Shown here one piece after another: positions 1 to 7,639 of a stretch of DNA of 39,201 nt. The DNA is from Candidatus Fermentibacteraceae bacterium (GTDB lineage: Bacteria > Fermentibacterota > Fermentibacteria > Fermentibacterales > JCC-6): contig JAOZQW010000001.1 of NCBI GenBank assembly GCA_029932015.1, positions 1 to 39,201 on the forward strand. The letters run 5' to 3'. Both the position numbers and the translations under genes were made by a program. The notes under the pieces were generated by a model. The model ran no database searches, had not been told where the DNA came from, and was given only the letters and a program-made list of their open reading frames with translations. Positions within the stretch are counted from its first letter, which is position 1. Each line of letters begins with the position of its first letter.

Positions 1-373
1 CTGGGTTTCTGAGGATGTATCTTACGGCCGCATATGTGTGCGCTTCATCCATGGCAGCGGAATAGTAGCGACCCTGGACCATTCTACCTTTTATATTATG
101 AATACTATTATAGCTACTTGTGTACCCCCAGAATGCCCTTCCCATCGCCTGAGATAGGCCATTCTCATCTGCAGGGACGGCAACCAGATGTACATGGTTC
201 GGCATAAGGCACCAGGCCTGTATTCTGATATTGAACTGTTGCATCCTTGCCGCAAGCATGCGGAGAAAGCGTATATGGTCATCTATACCTTCAAACAGAC
301 GTATCCCTCTCACGCCTCTCTGTGTGACGTGATGCGGGATGCCTGGAACAACGATCCTTATTCTTCTTGCCAT
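1..373 (-). CDS. IS200/IS605-type Y1 (HUH) transposase, REP-associated tyrosine transposase (RAYT)-like; N-terminal 124 codons only, C-terminus runs off the left window edge
   Basis: Absent from the supplied ORF track because it is open at the edge. Manual minus-strand translation from ATG 373-371 gives MARRIRIVVPGIPHHVTQRGVRGIRLFEGIDDHIRFLRMLAARMQQFNIRIQAWCLMPNHVHLVAVPADENGLSQAMGRAFWGYTSSYNSIHNIKGRMVQGRYYSAAMDEAHTYAAVRYILRNP. It has the HUH motif (NHVHLV) and the RYIxxNP tyrosine motif typical of COG1943/PF01797 transposases. Confidence 0.8.
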   Translation of the reverse strand, partial: MARRIRIVVPGIPHHVTQRGVRGIRLFEGIDDHIRFLRMLAARMQQFNIRIQAWCLMPNHVHLVAVPADENGLSQAMGRAFWGYTSSYNSIHNIKGRMVQGRYYSAAMDEAHTYAAVRYILRNP

Positions 374-434
374 TTCATTATCAGCTTACTCCCACTAGAG
401 GAAGTATTCAAGGGGCATGGTTCTCCGGTTGAAT

Positions 435-459
435 AAATTGGTGGGTGGCACCATTAAAT
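435..459. repeat. REP-like palindromic motif, copy 1 (AAATTGGTGGGTGGCACCATTAAAT)
   Basis: The 17-nt core TGGTGGGTGGCACCATT is identical to 19104-19120. It has hairpin potential (TGGTG / CACCA around a GGTGG loop). It lies 61 nt upstream of the RAYT start and 8 nt past the terminator hairpin. Confidence 0.6.
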
Positions 460-467
460 AAGGAGGA

Positions 468-492
468 AGCCCCCCGGCAGGGCCGGGGGGCT
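468..492 (-). terminator. Rho-independent-type terminator hairpin after the lipoprotein gene
   Basis: Perfect 11-bp GC-rich stem AGCCCCCCGGC-agg-GCCGGGGGGCT. On the minus strand it is followed by the T-rich TCCTCCTTATTTAAT. A second small hairpin (516-532) spans the stop codon. Confidence 0.65.
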
Positions 493-530
493 GCTTATCT
501 CGGGGCTCAGCTCACAGGACCAGGTTGGTC

Positions 531-1568
531 CTAGCTGTTCAGCATGTTCTCGATGACGACCATGAGGTCGGTCACGAAAGTTGCATCTTCTGGATCAAGA
601 GATCCACCATAGCCCAGGCTTGTGCAAAGTGACCATGCGAACCTGAAGGCCTGATCGGAGAATCCGATGGCCGCAGCTGTTCCCATGATCTGCACATTGT
701 CGATAGACTCCAGACCTGCGTATCTCTTGCCAAGACCGAACTGGTAGTTCGTGTTCAAGGATTCGAGACCACGGGCTGCAGCGGTGCCAAGAAGCCTGTC
801 ACCGTTGTCCCCGCGGATGTCCTGGAGCATGACGATACCCACGAGGGCATCGTAAGTGAACTGTGTTTCGCTACCTGATGCAGCGAACGTCCGATAAGCG
901 TAGCTTATCTGGTTGTCCACGTTAATCCAGGTGTCATAGAACTCACCCTGGACCTCAATGTTTGACCTTGGCACTGTCAGGTAGACCCAGTCACCAACGA
1001 TGCTGTCTACATCGATAGAGGCTACGGAGAACCCGTTCGCGACATCGAACATCGAAATGGCATCAGTCCTCGAGAAGCGATAAGGGATTGGAGTCGAGCC
1101 TACGATCGCGTAGATCTCGTCACCAACCCACTGGGCTCCCGAGTCTGCCGTCATCGCCAGGATAGGATCCAGTACCGCCGGTGGAAGATCGGTGTGGAGG
1201 CACTGGAAGACTGTCCACATGGTATCCTGCGTCAGAGTCTCCGATACTTCGAGCATCGGGAAGGTGCCAGCGTCATGCTGGATGGCCATGTAGAAGTAGT
1301 TGTCGGCTATACGCCAGTAATCCTCTCTGAAGAGGGCTGACCAGCCTGCACCCACATAGGCTTCTATTCCGCTCACATCGAGGTCGATGGCGTCCTTGAA
1401 GTACTCGAGCGCCTGCTCGTAATCTGCAGCTGCATATGCATCCCATCCCAGCTGAAGAAATCCGTTGACGCCATACGGGTCAGGGATGTCAGTGGGATCG
1501 TTTGCGCATCCGCTGAGGAGTACAAGGGAGCCAAGAATCGCGACGATTGCTGCGCTGATTAGTTTCAT
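531..1568 (-). CDS. Lipoprotein with TPR-like N-terminal segment, function unknown
   Basis: Signal peptide plus lipobox (LLSGC). TPR-like stretch ADYEQALEYFKDAIDLD. GGGAGGAGGGAG SD directly upstream of the ATG at 1568. Confidence 0.7.
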   Translation of the reverse strand: MKLISAAIVAILGSLVLLSGCANDPTDIPDPYGVNGFLQLGWDAYAAADYEQALEYFKDAIDLDVSGIEAYVGAGWSALFREDYWRIADNYFYMAIQHDAGTFPMLEVSETLTQDTMWTVFQCLHTDLPPAVLDPILAMTADSGAQWVGDEIYAIVGSTPIPYRFSRTDAISMFDVANGFSVASIDVDSIVGDWVYLTVPRSNIEVQGEFYDTWINVDNQISYAYRTFAASGSETQFTYDALVGIVMLQDIRGDNGDRLLGTAAARGLESLNTNYQFGLGKRYAGLESIDNVQIMGTAAAIGFSDQAFRFAWSLCTSLGYGGSLDPEDATFVTDLMVVIENMLNS

Positions 1569-1581
1569 TTCTCCCTCCTCC

Positions 1582-4017
1582 CTACTCTACTCGGAGCATC
1601 TTCTGAGTGACGGTCTGTCCTGCGGCCTGCAGCCTGCAGAAGTAGACGCCGGCTCCAACGGGATGTCCCGTGGAATCCATGCCGTCCCAGACCAGTGTGT
1701 GCTCTGCCGCCTGCATTTCAGTGTCGGAGAGCACTCTGACTATTCTTCCGCTCATATCGAAGACGGTTACGCTGACCCTGCCACTCACTGGCAGTGCGAA
1801 GCTAATAGCCGCCGAAGCACTGAACGGATTGGGATAGGTTCCGCTGAAACGGAAGTTCGCAGGTATCTCAGGGGAGGCAATGCCGGGGCCATCACCATAA
1901 ACGTAGATTCCTCCGTCATTGACGGATGCGAACATCCTGCTTCCCTGGAACCAGCTGTCCTGTCTGTCCCAGCCGTCAGAAGTGTAGCGGTAAACCGCGC
2001 CCTCAGAGGTAGCTGCAGGGAAGGAGAGCGTACCCGTTACATCCGGCATCGATATCGGGCCGGCGACAACACCGGTCATCTGACCCTCTACCGTCTCGAG
2101 GGATGCTGATGTCTCAATGGCGAGTCCGAGCATATCGACCTCGCACATGCTAACCATCGCACCCGGGGCAAGAGACCCACCGGGAATATCCAGCTGGATC
2201 TCATTGATCTCGAGTTCCGCACCATTGGCGGATGCCCAGGCTACGGAAGCTGAGATGCTGTTGCTGGCCGAGAGGCCTGTGCTGTCGTATCCAGCAACGG
2301 AAAGGGTATAGGCGCCATCATCCCAGGCACTGAACCTTGTGCTCCAGAGGGTTCCGTAGAATGAGGACATGTCGAAGGTGCCTGTGCTGTCCTCGTGAGC
2401 AGCGGTGAAGATTGGACCGTACCAGTCAAATCCCTCAGGGACGGCTTCGTAGAGCGTCGTGTAGAGAGTTATGTACTGGTCATTGATGTTGTTCTGGTGT
2501 GCACTGAGGAGTACATCCGGCACGTTGGTGTCCTGAGACAGAACATACCTTGCATCAGAAATGCCGCCCTCAATGTTGTTGGTTACCACCAGGTAGGCTT
2601 CATCAGCCTGGAGCTCAAAGGAGCCGTTATAGACATCGTTCAGCTCTACAGATTCGATCGAGTGGATCTCCTCTGCAGTAGTGTCTATTGAAACAACCCA
2701 GGCATCCCAGGCGGAGTTGATGATCGAACCTGATCCACCGCCATCGGAGAACATACCATTGAAGTACATGGTGGGAGTGGCGGAGTAGCCACTATTGAAG
2801 GCGCAGTACTGTATAGCCCAGATCGGAGCTTCCAGACCGGAACCCTCGGGGGCTATCCATATTTCATCAAGCGGGTAGCTGGCGAACGTGTGAGCGAACG
2901 CAGCTCCTGCACCGATGTGTCCGAACTGGTAATCACTGCCTGCAAGGAACTCGTATGTGTACTTGCCACCTTCCATACCATCGCGGAAGGCGCTTACGAG
3001 GTTGCAGATGATCCAGTCATTGTAGATAGGAACAACGTTTGTTTCTATCGCAAGACTATCGGCTACTGATGGATCAATCGCATGTGCGATGTTCAGCATG
3101 CCGGTAGTATCGGAGAGAGCGATATCACCGATGATGTCTTCGCCCTCACGCTGCATGAGGTACATGAACCACAGGAACTGCTGCCCCCTCGAACCGGCCC
3201 AGTTGCCCTTCGCGGGACTTGCGAGGGCAGTTGTCAGATCGATGTAGGGTGAGAGCCGGAACTGGCCCAGTATATAGTAGTGACCCATGTTGCCCGGGTC
3301 GGTCTGAGTGAAACCATAACTGAGGTACTGAGCAATGGCTCCAAGACCTCTGACGATCCACTCTTCCTCTGTTTGCATGCGGCTGAGTCGTGAAAGGATC
3401 GCAAGTCCATTGGGGACGTAGATCCTTCTCATCGCCTTGGCCTTACTCAGCGTAGAACCTACAGTAGCATACGTATGCAGGTTCACATAGAAGATGTCGT
3501 GACCATTGAACTCACCGTTCAGGTCCTGAGGGTCGACATAAACCATGTTGTTTCTCGGTCCCTGCGAAGATGGACCAGAGTTGTACTTGGTAGGGATGGT
3601 CGCAAGGACGACCCATATCTTCGGATCGCCATCGGTGTCCACGGGAGTACCCATGGTTCCGGTGACCGTCCCCCAGACATCGACGCCTCCACCCTCAAAT
3701 TCAGAGGTTAGAGTGTCGAGCTCGCCCTGTGTGAAGGTAACCCCCCAGCAGAGCGAATCGGTGAAAACCGTTCCTCCCTTTTTATCGCACGATACAGTGT
3801 CCTGTACAAGCCAGTAAGCATGCTCGGTCACAGCGCGGCAGGTGAACTGATGTGTCGCAGGCTCTTTCGGGAACTCCTCCAGGTTAGGAACCAGCAGGTT
3901 GATCGTATCCCCGACGTTCATGTCTGCACTTGCTATGCCGACTCCGAGAACTGGCAACAGGAGCGCTGTCAGGATGGTCAAGAGACCAGCCTTATGCGAT
4001 CCCGCGAAGAATACCAT
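1582..4017 (-). CDS. Large secreted protein with C-terminal T9SS/FlgD-Ig-like sorting domain, catalytic domain unrecognised
   Basis: C-terminus YPNPFSASAAISFALPVSGRVSVTVFDMSGRIVRVL...GVYFCRLQAAGQTVTQKMLRVE. I moved the start to ATG 4017 (MVFFAGSHKAGLLTILTALLLPVLGVGIASA signal peptide), which is preceded by GGAGGTTAAAT. The ORF-track start at 4128 has no signal peptide. No HExxH motif seen. Confidence 0.8.
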   Translation of the reverse strand: MVFFAGSHKAGLLTILTALLLPVLGVGIASADMNVGDTINLLVPNLEEFPKEPATHQFTCRAVTEHAYWLVQDTVSCDKKGGTVFTDSLCWGVTFTQGELDTLTSEFEGGGVDVWGTVTGTMGTPVDTDGDPKIWVVLATIPTKYNSGPSSQGPRNNMVYVDPQDLNGEFNGHDIFYVNLHTYATVGSTLSKAKAMRRIYVPNGLAILSRLSRMQTEEEWIVRGLGAIAQYLSYGFTQTDPGNMGHYYILGQFRLSPYIDLTTALASPAKGNWAGSRGQQFLWFMYLMQREGEDIIGDIALSDTTGMLNIAHAIDPSVADSLAIETNVVPIYNDWIICNLVSAFRDGMEGGKYTYEFLAGSDYQFGHIGAGAAFAHTFASYPLDEIWIAPEGSGLEAPIWAIQYCAFNSGYSATPTMYFNGMFSDGGGSGSIINSAWDAWVVSIDTTAEEIHSIESVELNDVYNGSFELQADEAYLVVTNNIEGGISDARYVLSQDTNVPDVLLSAHQNNINDQYITLYTTLYEAVPEGFDWYGPIFTAAHEDSTGTFDMSSFYGTLWSTRFSAWDDGAYTLSVAGYDSTGLSASNSISASVAWASANGAELEINEIQLDIPGGSLAPGAMVSMCEVDMLGLAIETSASLETVEGQMTGVVAGPISMPDVTGTLSFPAATSEGAVYRYTSDGWDRQDSWFQGSRMFASVNDGGIYVYGDGPGIASPEIPANFRFSGTYPNPFSASAAISFALPVSGRVSVTVFDMSGRIVRVLSDTEMQAAEHTLVWDGMDSTGHPVGAGVYFCRLQAAGQTVTQKMLRVE

Positions 4018-4124
4018 ATTTAACCTCCAATTTTGCAGCGGCTCTGTAACCGCATCAACGAAAACTTCAGCCTGCTTTGAAGTTGCTCTCTGACTGTTTG
4101 CAGGCATGTTAACCCTTTCGCCTC

Positions 4125-5468
4125 TCATTCCTGAAAGGAGTCAACCCCTCCGTAACCGGATGCACCGGTTACCGGAGCAAGCATGTCCTCCCAATTGGAA
4201 TAGCTGCTCTCCCCCTCTACGGTGGAGAATATCTGCTCATAAGAACCCGTTCCCGTTCTGTCGGCGAACACGAATCTATCGTTTCCGCTCTCATAGTAGG
4301 ACCAGATCTCATAAGGTATCTGGTCGATGGTGAACGGGACCGCTTCGATGTCATCAGGAGCGCCGTATATCACGTACACCCGTCCCCGATCGGTTTCCCA
4401 GCCCTCTTTAAAGGAACCGGAATATCTTGCGCTCTCCATACATCGCTGCTCGAAGGCCTGTCTGTCAGCGGTTCTGTCCTGCCAGTAGGCTGTGTAGAAC
4501 CGGACCTTCGCGGCATCGTCGAGATCCTCGTACAGGTCCATCTCGGCATCGGAAAGGATGAGCGTGAAGTGCTCTGGATAAGCGATCATCGAAACCTCAC
4601 CAGCGTAGAGTGAATCCCCTTGACTGGCTACAGTCTCGATGGCCCTTCCGACCATAAGCAGCTTGTCGACCTCAAGAGTATCATCCTGAATGACCATTCC
4701 CAGTACCATTCTATGCAGCCCTGAACCACGGACAACCTGAAGGTCCAGGCTGTCGATCAAAGCTATGACATCAGCCCCTTCCGGGACATCAACTGTCTTC
4801 CATGGTCTTGCGAAAATGGTCTCTCCGGACGAATTCTCAAGTCGACTCCGCAGCTTAACTGTCTGTCCTCCGACATCATAGACTTCCGCATAATAGTAGA
4901 GTGTGTGTTCTGCGGGAAGCATGTAACCCCCGTTTGCTGCCGGGTAGACCAGAAGCCCACCCTTCAGCAGGGGATTCGCTGAACTCTCAGGGGCCGGGAC
5001 AAGAGCCCTGGCCAGTTCGAGTTCACTGAGATGTCCGATTGCTGTTACCGAAAGAGGTCTGGAAACAGTTCCCTGTCGTCCGTTACCTCCATCGGTGACA
5101 ACGACATCGAGAATATACTCGCCAGACACTACCGGGATGGCAGTGCTGTTAACAACAGACCTTTCTTCCATCCATTCGACTTCTGAGAACCACTGGCTGA
5201 CGGCGACTGTATCGCCTGTCTCGGTTCTAAGTACAACCAGTGTTTCGAATCCGGCAATGGAGTCAGAATCCATCGAGAACTGGTCCACCAGCATCTGCTC
5301 GTAGACCTCTATGACGAGTGTATCGCTGTGATAGTAGTCGAAAAGCGCAGTATCGATTCCGAAATGAATTTCACCCTGGCTCATCGAGGCAAGGGAACCC
5401 GCTCCCACTACGGAGACAAGCATCAGAGAGACCAGGAAGAACATTGCTCTAGAGCTTCTCCCAGTCAC
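4125..5468 (-). CDS. GWxTD domain-containing protein
   Basis: C-terminal FKEGWETDRGRVYVIYGAPDDIE...PYEIWSYY...FVFADRTGTGSYEQI matches the GWxTD domain signature (TIGR04514-type). GTG start at 5468 is preceded by GGGAGGAGG. N-terminal signal peptide. Confidence 0.85.
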   Translation of the reverse strand: MTGRSSRAMFFLVSLMLVSVVGAGSLASMSQGEIHFGIDTALFDYYHSDTLVIEVYEQMLVDQFSMDSDSIAGFETLVVLRTETGDTVAVSQWFSEVEWMEERSVVNSTAIPVVSGEYILDVVVTDGGNGRQGTVSRPLSVTAIGHLSELELARALVPAPESSANPLLKGGLLVYPAANGGYMLPAEHTLYYYAEVYDVGGQTVKLRSRLENSSGETIFARPWKTVDVPEGADVIALIDSLDLQVVRGSGLHRMVLGMVIQDDTLEVDKLLMVGRAIETVASQGDSLYAGEVSMIAYPEHFTLILSDAEMDLYEDLDDAAKVRFYTAYWQDRTADRQAFEQRCMESARYSGSFKEGWETDRGRVYVIYGAPDDIEAVPFTIDQIPYEIWSYYESGNDRFVFADRTGTGSYEQIFSTVEGESSYSNWEDMLAPVTGASGYGGVDSFQE

Positions 5469-6591
5469 TTCGCACCTCCTCCCAGTCGGTCACGAGATCG
5501 AAAGCCCCAACTGCATAGTGATCGATAAAGACCACTTCGAGCGGAGGAGAGAAGTAGATCCATGTGATCGAGGGCAGCGTGGAAAGCTCCAGAGGCATAT
5601 CCTCGATCATATCTGGGGGTCCGAGAAGAGCGTAGACTCTGCCCTGATCCGATATTATTCCAAGTGAAGAGTGAACCGAGAAATGCTCCTCGATGTAGTC
5701 CAGTCTCTCCAGATACTCCTCGAGGTACTCGTTCCTTACAGTCCCGGGAGTGGGATCCCTCTGTGCCCAGAATTCCGCCATGACAGCGACTCTGGATGAG
5801 GGACCTTCCGCGTCCTCAAGAGCAGATATCTCTGCTGAGGATGCAATGGGTCTGACCAGGCTCCTCGTGAGCTCCGGGTCATCACCCCATATGTCCCAGG
5901 CCTGCATGATTGCGAGTTCCTCCCTTGCGGCGGAGACTATCTCCTCACCCTTCAGAAGAACGGCAAGCAGATCGTACTCACCTCCATCGAGTCCGGTAAG
6001 GCCGACATCGGCCCGGCACCGGAACCTGCCCTGTGAAAACTCTATACCCATCCATCCTTCGCGCTGGATAACCCCTGCATGATCCCGAAGCATCCATGCG
6101 GCGCTTACGGTATCCTGCTGGAGTTCAGCTTCCGGCGGATAGACGCTCCAGAAGACCTCGGTGGAGCCGAGAGCCCTCTGATACGTCCCATCCGTGAGCT
6201 GCAGAGAGCCCGATGACCAACTGACGCTGTCAATGCGAGGAACACTGATGTCCTCCTCCCATGTGAACTGCCTGCGTGTCTCGAGATCCCCCGCCAGAAT
6301 GGTGAGGACATGCTCTCCAGGGGGAACTGATGAAATAGTGAAAGTCTCCACCAGAGGAAGATCGTCCCTCCCGACTGCTCCGCTGTTCCTTTCGGTCATC
6401 ATACCGTCTATCGTGGCTGCAACCTCCCATGAGGCGGTCTCCACCCCATCATCCCTGACGAAGACAAGATCATCCGAATCAAGGATAACGGTCAGGTTCA
6501 CCGAGCCGTGAGCCTGGCCTCTGGCCGGCTCAACTTCCCAGGTGACCTGGAATCCGGTAAGCACCGTGAGCAGCATTGCCAAGAGCGTCAT
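5449..6591 (-). CDS. GWxTD-domain paralog with degenerate GWxTD motif
   Basis: FWAQRDPTPGTVRNEYLEEYLERLDYIEEHF...GIISDQGRVYALLGPPDMIE: same domain layout, but GWxTD is replaced by IISDQ. Overlaps the downstream GWxTD gene by 20 nt. SD GGAAGGAA. Confidence 0.75.
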   Translation of the reverse strand: MTLLAMLLTVLTGFQVTWEVEPARGQAHGSVNLTVILDSDDLVFVRDDGVETASWEVAATIDGMMTERNSGAVGRDDLPLVETFTISSVPPGEHVLTILAGDLETRRQFTWEEDISVPRIDSVSWSSGSLQLTDGTYQRALGSTEVFWSVYPPEAELQQDTVSAAWMLRDHAGVIQREGWMGIEFSQGRFRCRADVGLTGLDGGEYDLLAVLLKGEEIVSAAREELAIMQAWDIWGDDPELTRSLVRPIASSAEISALEDAEGPSSRVAVMAEFWAQRDPTPGTVRNEYLEEYLERLDYIEEHFSVHSSLGIISDQGRVYALLGPPDMIEDMPLELSTLPSITWIYFSPPLEVVFIDHYAVGAFDLVTDWEEVRSDWEKL

Positions 6592-6606
6592 TCATTCCTT
6601 CCGACC

Positions 6607-6627
6607 GGGGCGGGTACAACCCGCCCC
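6607..6627 (-). other. Intercistronic GC hairpin between the PorV-like and GWxTD genes
   Basis: GGGGCGGG-tacaa-CCCGCCCC, 8-bp perfect stem. No U-tract on the minus strand. Followed immediately by the SD of the next gene. Confidence 0.5.
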
Positions 6628-6642
6628 TTCAGTAAGACTCAG

Positions 6643-7626
6643 CTAAAACGCAAACCCCAGGCTGGCTCTGTGAACCATGTCCAGCCTGCTCCAGTCCGCA
6701 TAGGCGTAGTCAAGGGTCAGCGTCTTACCGCCGATCGGGATACGGAATCCCGCTCCTGCGGTCAGACCCTCTTCGTCTGTGTTGATTCTGTAGCCGCCGC
6801 GAAGGGCGAACATGTTGTTGTACCAGTATTCTGTGCCGATGCCGAGCTGCTCGACGTTGTCACTAGGATGAATACCATCGACCTCTACTGTAAGGAAGTG
6901 AGGTCCCCTGTTGATAACATCCATAGCCATGCCGAGCTTGAAGGTCATAGGCATAGAGTACGACTCGTAGGCCATCAGCGAGTCCTGCCCGCTGTTGTAA
7001 GTGGTGAACTCACCATCGGGGGTGAGCTCGCCGCCGAAGTGCTGGATGGCCATGCCGATGCGCAGGGTTTTGAAGCCGGTATCGTAGAGAGTACCCATGT
7101 CAACGGCTATCCCGCCGGCGGAGACATCGTCCCACTGCTCTCTGACGTACTTGATCGTCAGACCAGCGCTGAACCTGTCCGTTAGCATCCTGGAAAACGT
7201 AAGTCCTGCAACCATGTCGGTGCAGTTGAATGTTTCCCCGGTACCTTCGGGCTGCTCAACCGTGGTGACGTCCATATCCCCGGACTGGAGCATGGCAAAC
7301 GAAACTGCGAATGTTCCAATTCCCTGGAACTCGCTGCTCACGACCGCGCCCCCGTAGAGGACATCCGCAAACCACTGTGTCCCGGTGAACTGCACCTGGG
7401 TGCCGGGCACCCTTACGAGACACGCAGGATTCCAGAACACCGCGCTGGGATCATCAGCGGAGGCAACAAATGCGCCTCCCATAGCGATACCACGCGTGCC
7501 CAGTCCCAGTTTAAGGAACTGCGCTCCGGAGGTTCCGACCTTAGCAAAGGAACTAGCCTCGACTGTCGTCGGAAACAGCAGGAAGGCGGCGACCGCTGCG
7601 GTCAGGATTACACCTGTAAGCTTCAT
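6643..7626 (-). CDS. PorV/PorQ-family outer-membrane beta-barrel protein
   Basis: N-terminal GTRGIAMGGAFVASADDPSAVFWNPACL motif and a C-terminal aromatic residue (LGFAF). Start moved to ATG 7626 (MKLTGVILTAAVAAFLL signal peptide) behind AAGGGAGGAG. Confidence 0.65.
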   Translation of the reverse strand: MKLTGVILTAAVAAFLLFPTTVEASSFAKVGTSGAQFLKLGLGTRGIAMGGAFVASADDPSAVFWNPACLVRVPGTQVQFTGTQWFADVLYGGAVVSSEFQGIGTFAVSFAMLQSGDMDVTTVEQPEGTGETFNCTDMVAGLTFSRMLTDRFSAGLTIKYVREQWDDVSAGGIAVDMGTLYDTGFKTLRIGMAIQHFGGELTPDGEFTTYNSGQDSLMAYESYSMPMTFKLGMAMDVINRGPHFLTVEVDGIHPSDNVEQLGIGTEYWYNNMFALRGGYRINTDEEGLTAGAGFRIPIGGKTLTLDYAYADWSRLDMVHRASLGFAF

Positions 7627-7639
7627 GGTCACTCCTCCC

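Noticed and set aside
91-436. Track ORFs 91-282 (minus, 63 aa) and 188-436 (plus, 82 aa)
   Set aside because: Both lie inside the RAYT-like coding region, in a wrong frame or on the antisense strand. Their sequences are not protein-like. The real frame is open to the window edge.
4018-4128. N-terminal extensions in the track ORFs: 4018-4128, 7627-7656, 9872-9889, 23865-23993, 26168-26308 and 29774-29788
   Set aside because: Internal starts give proper signal peptides and/or sit behind GGAGG SDs. The extensions overlap upstream genes or begin at a TTG inside an SD.
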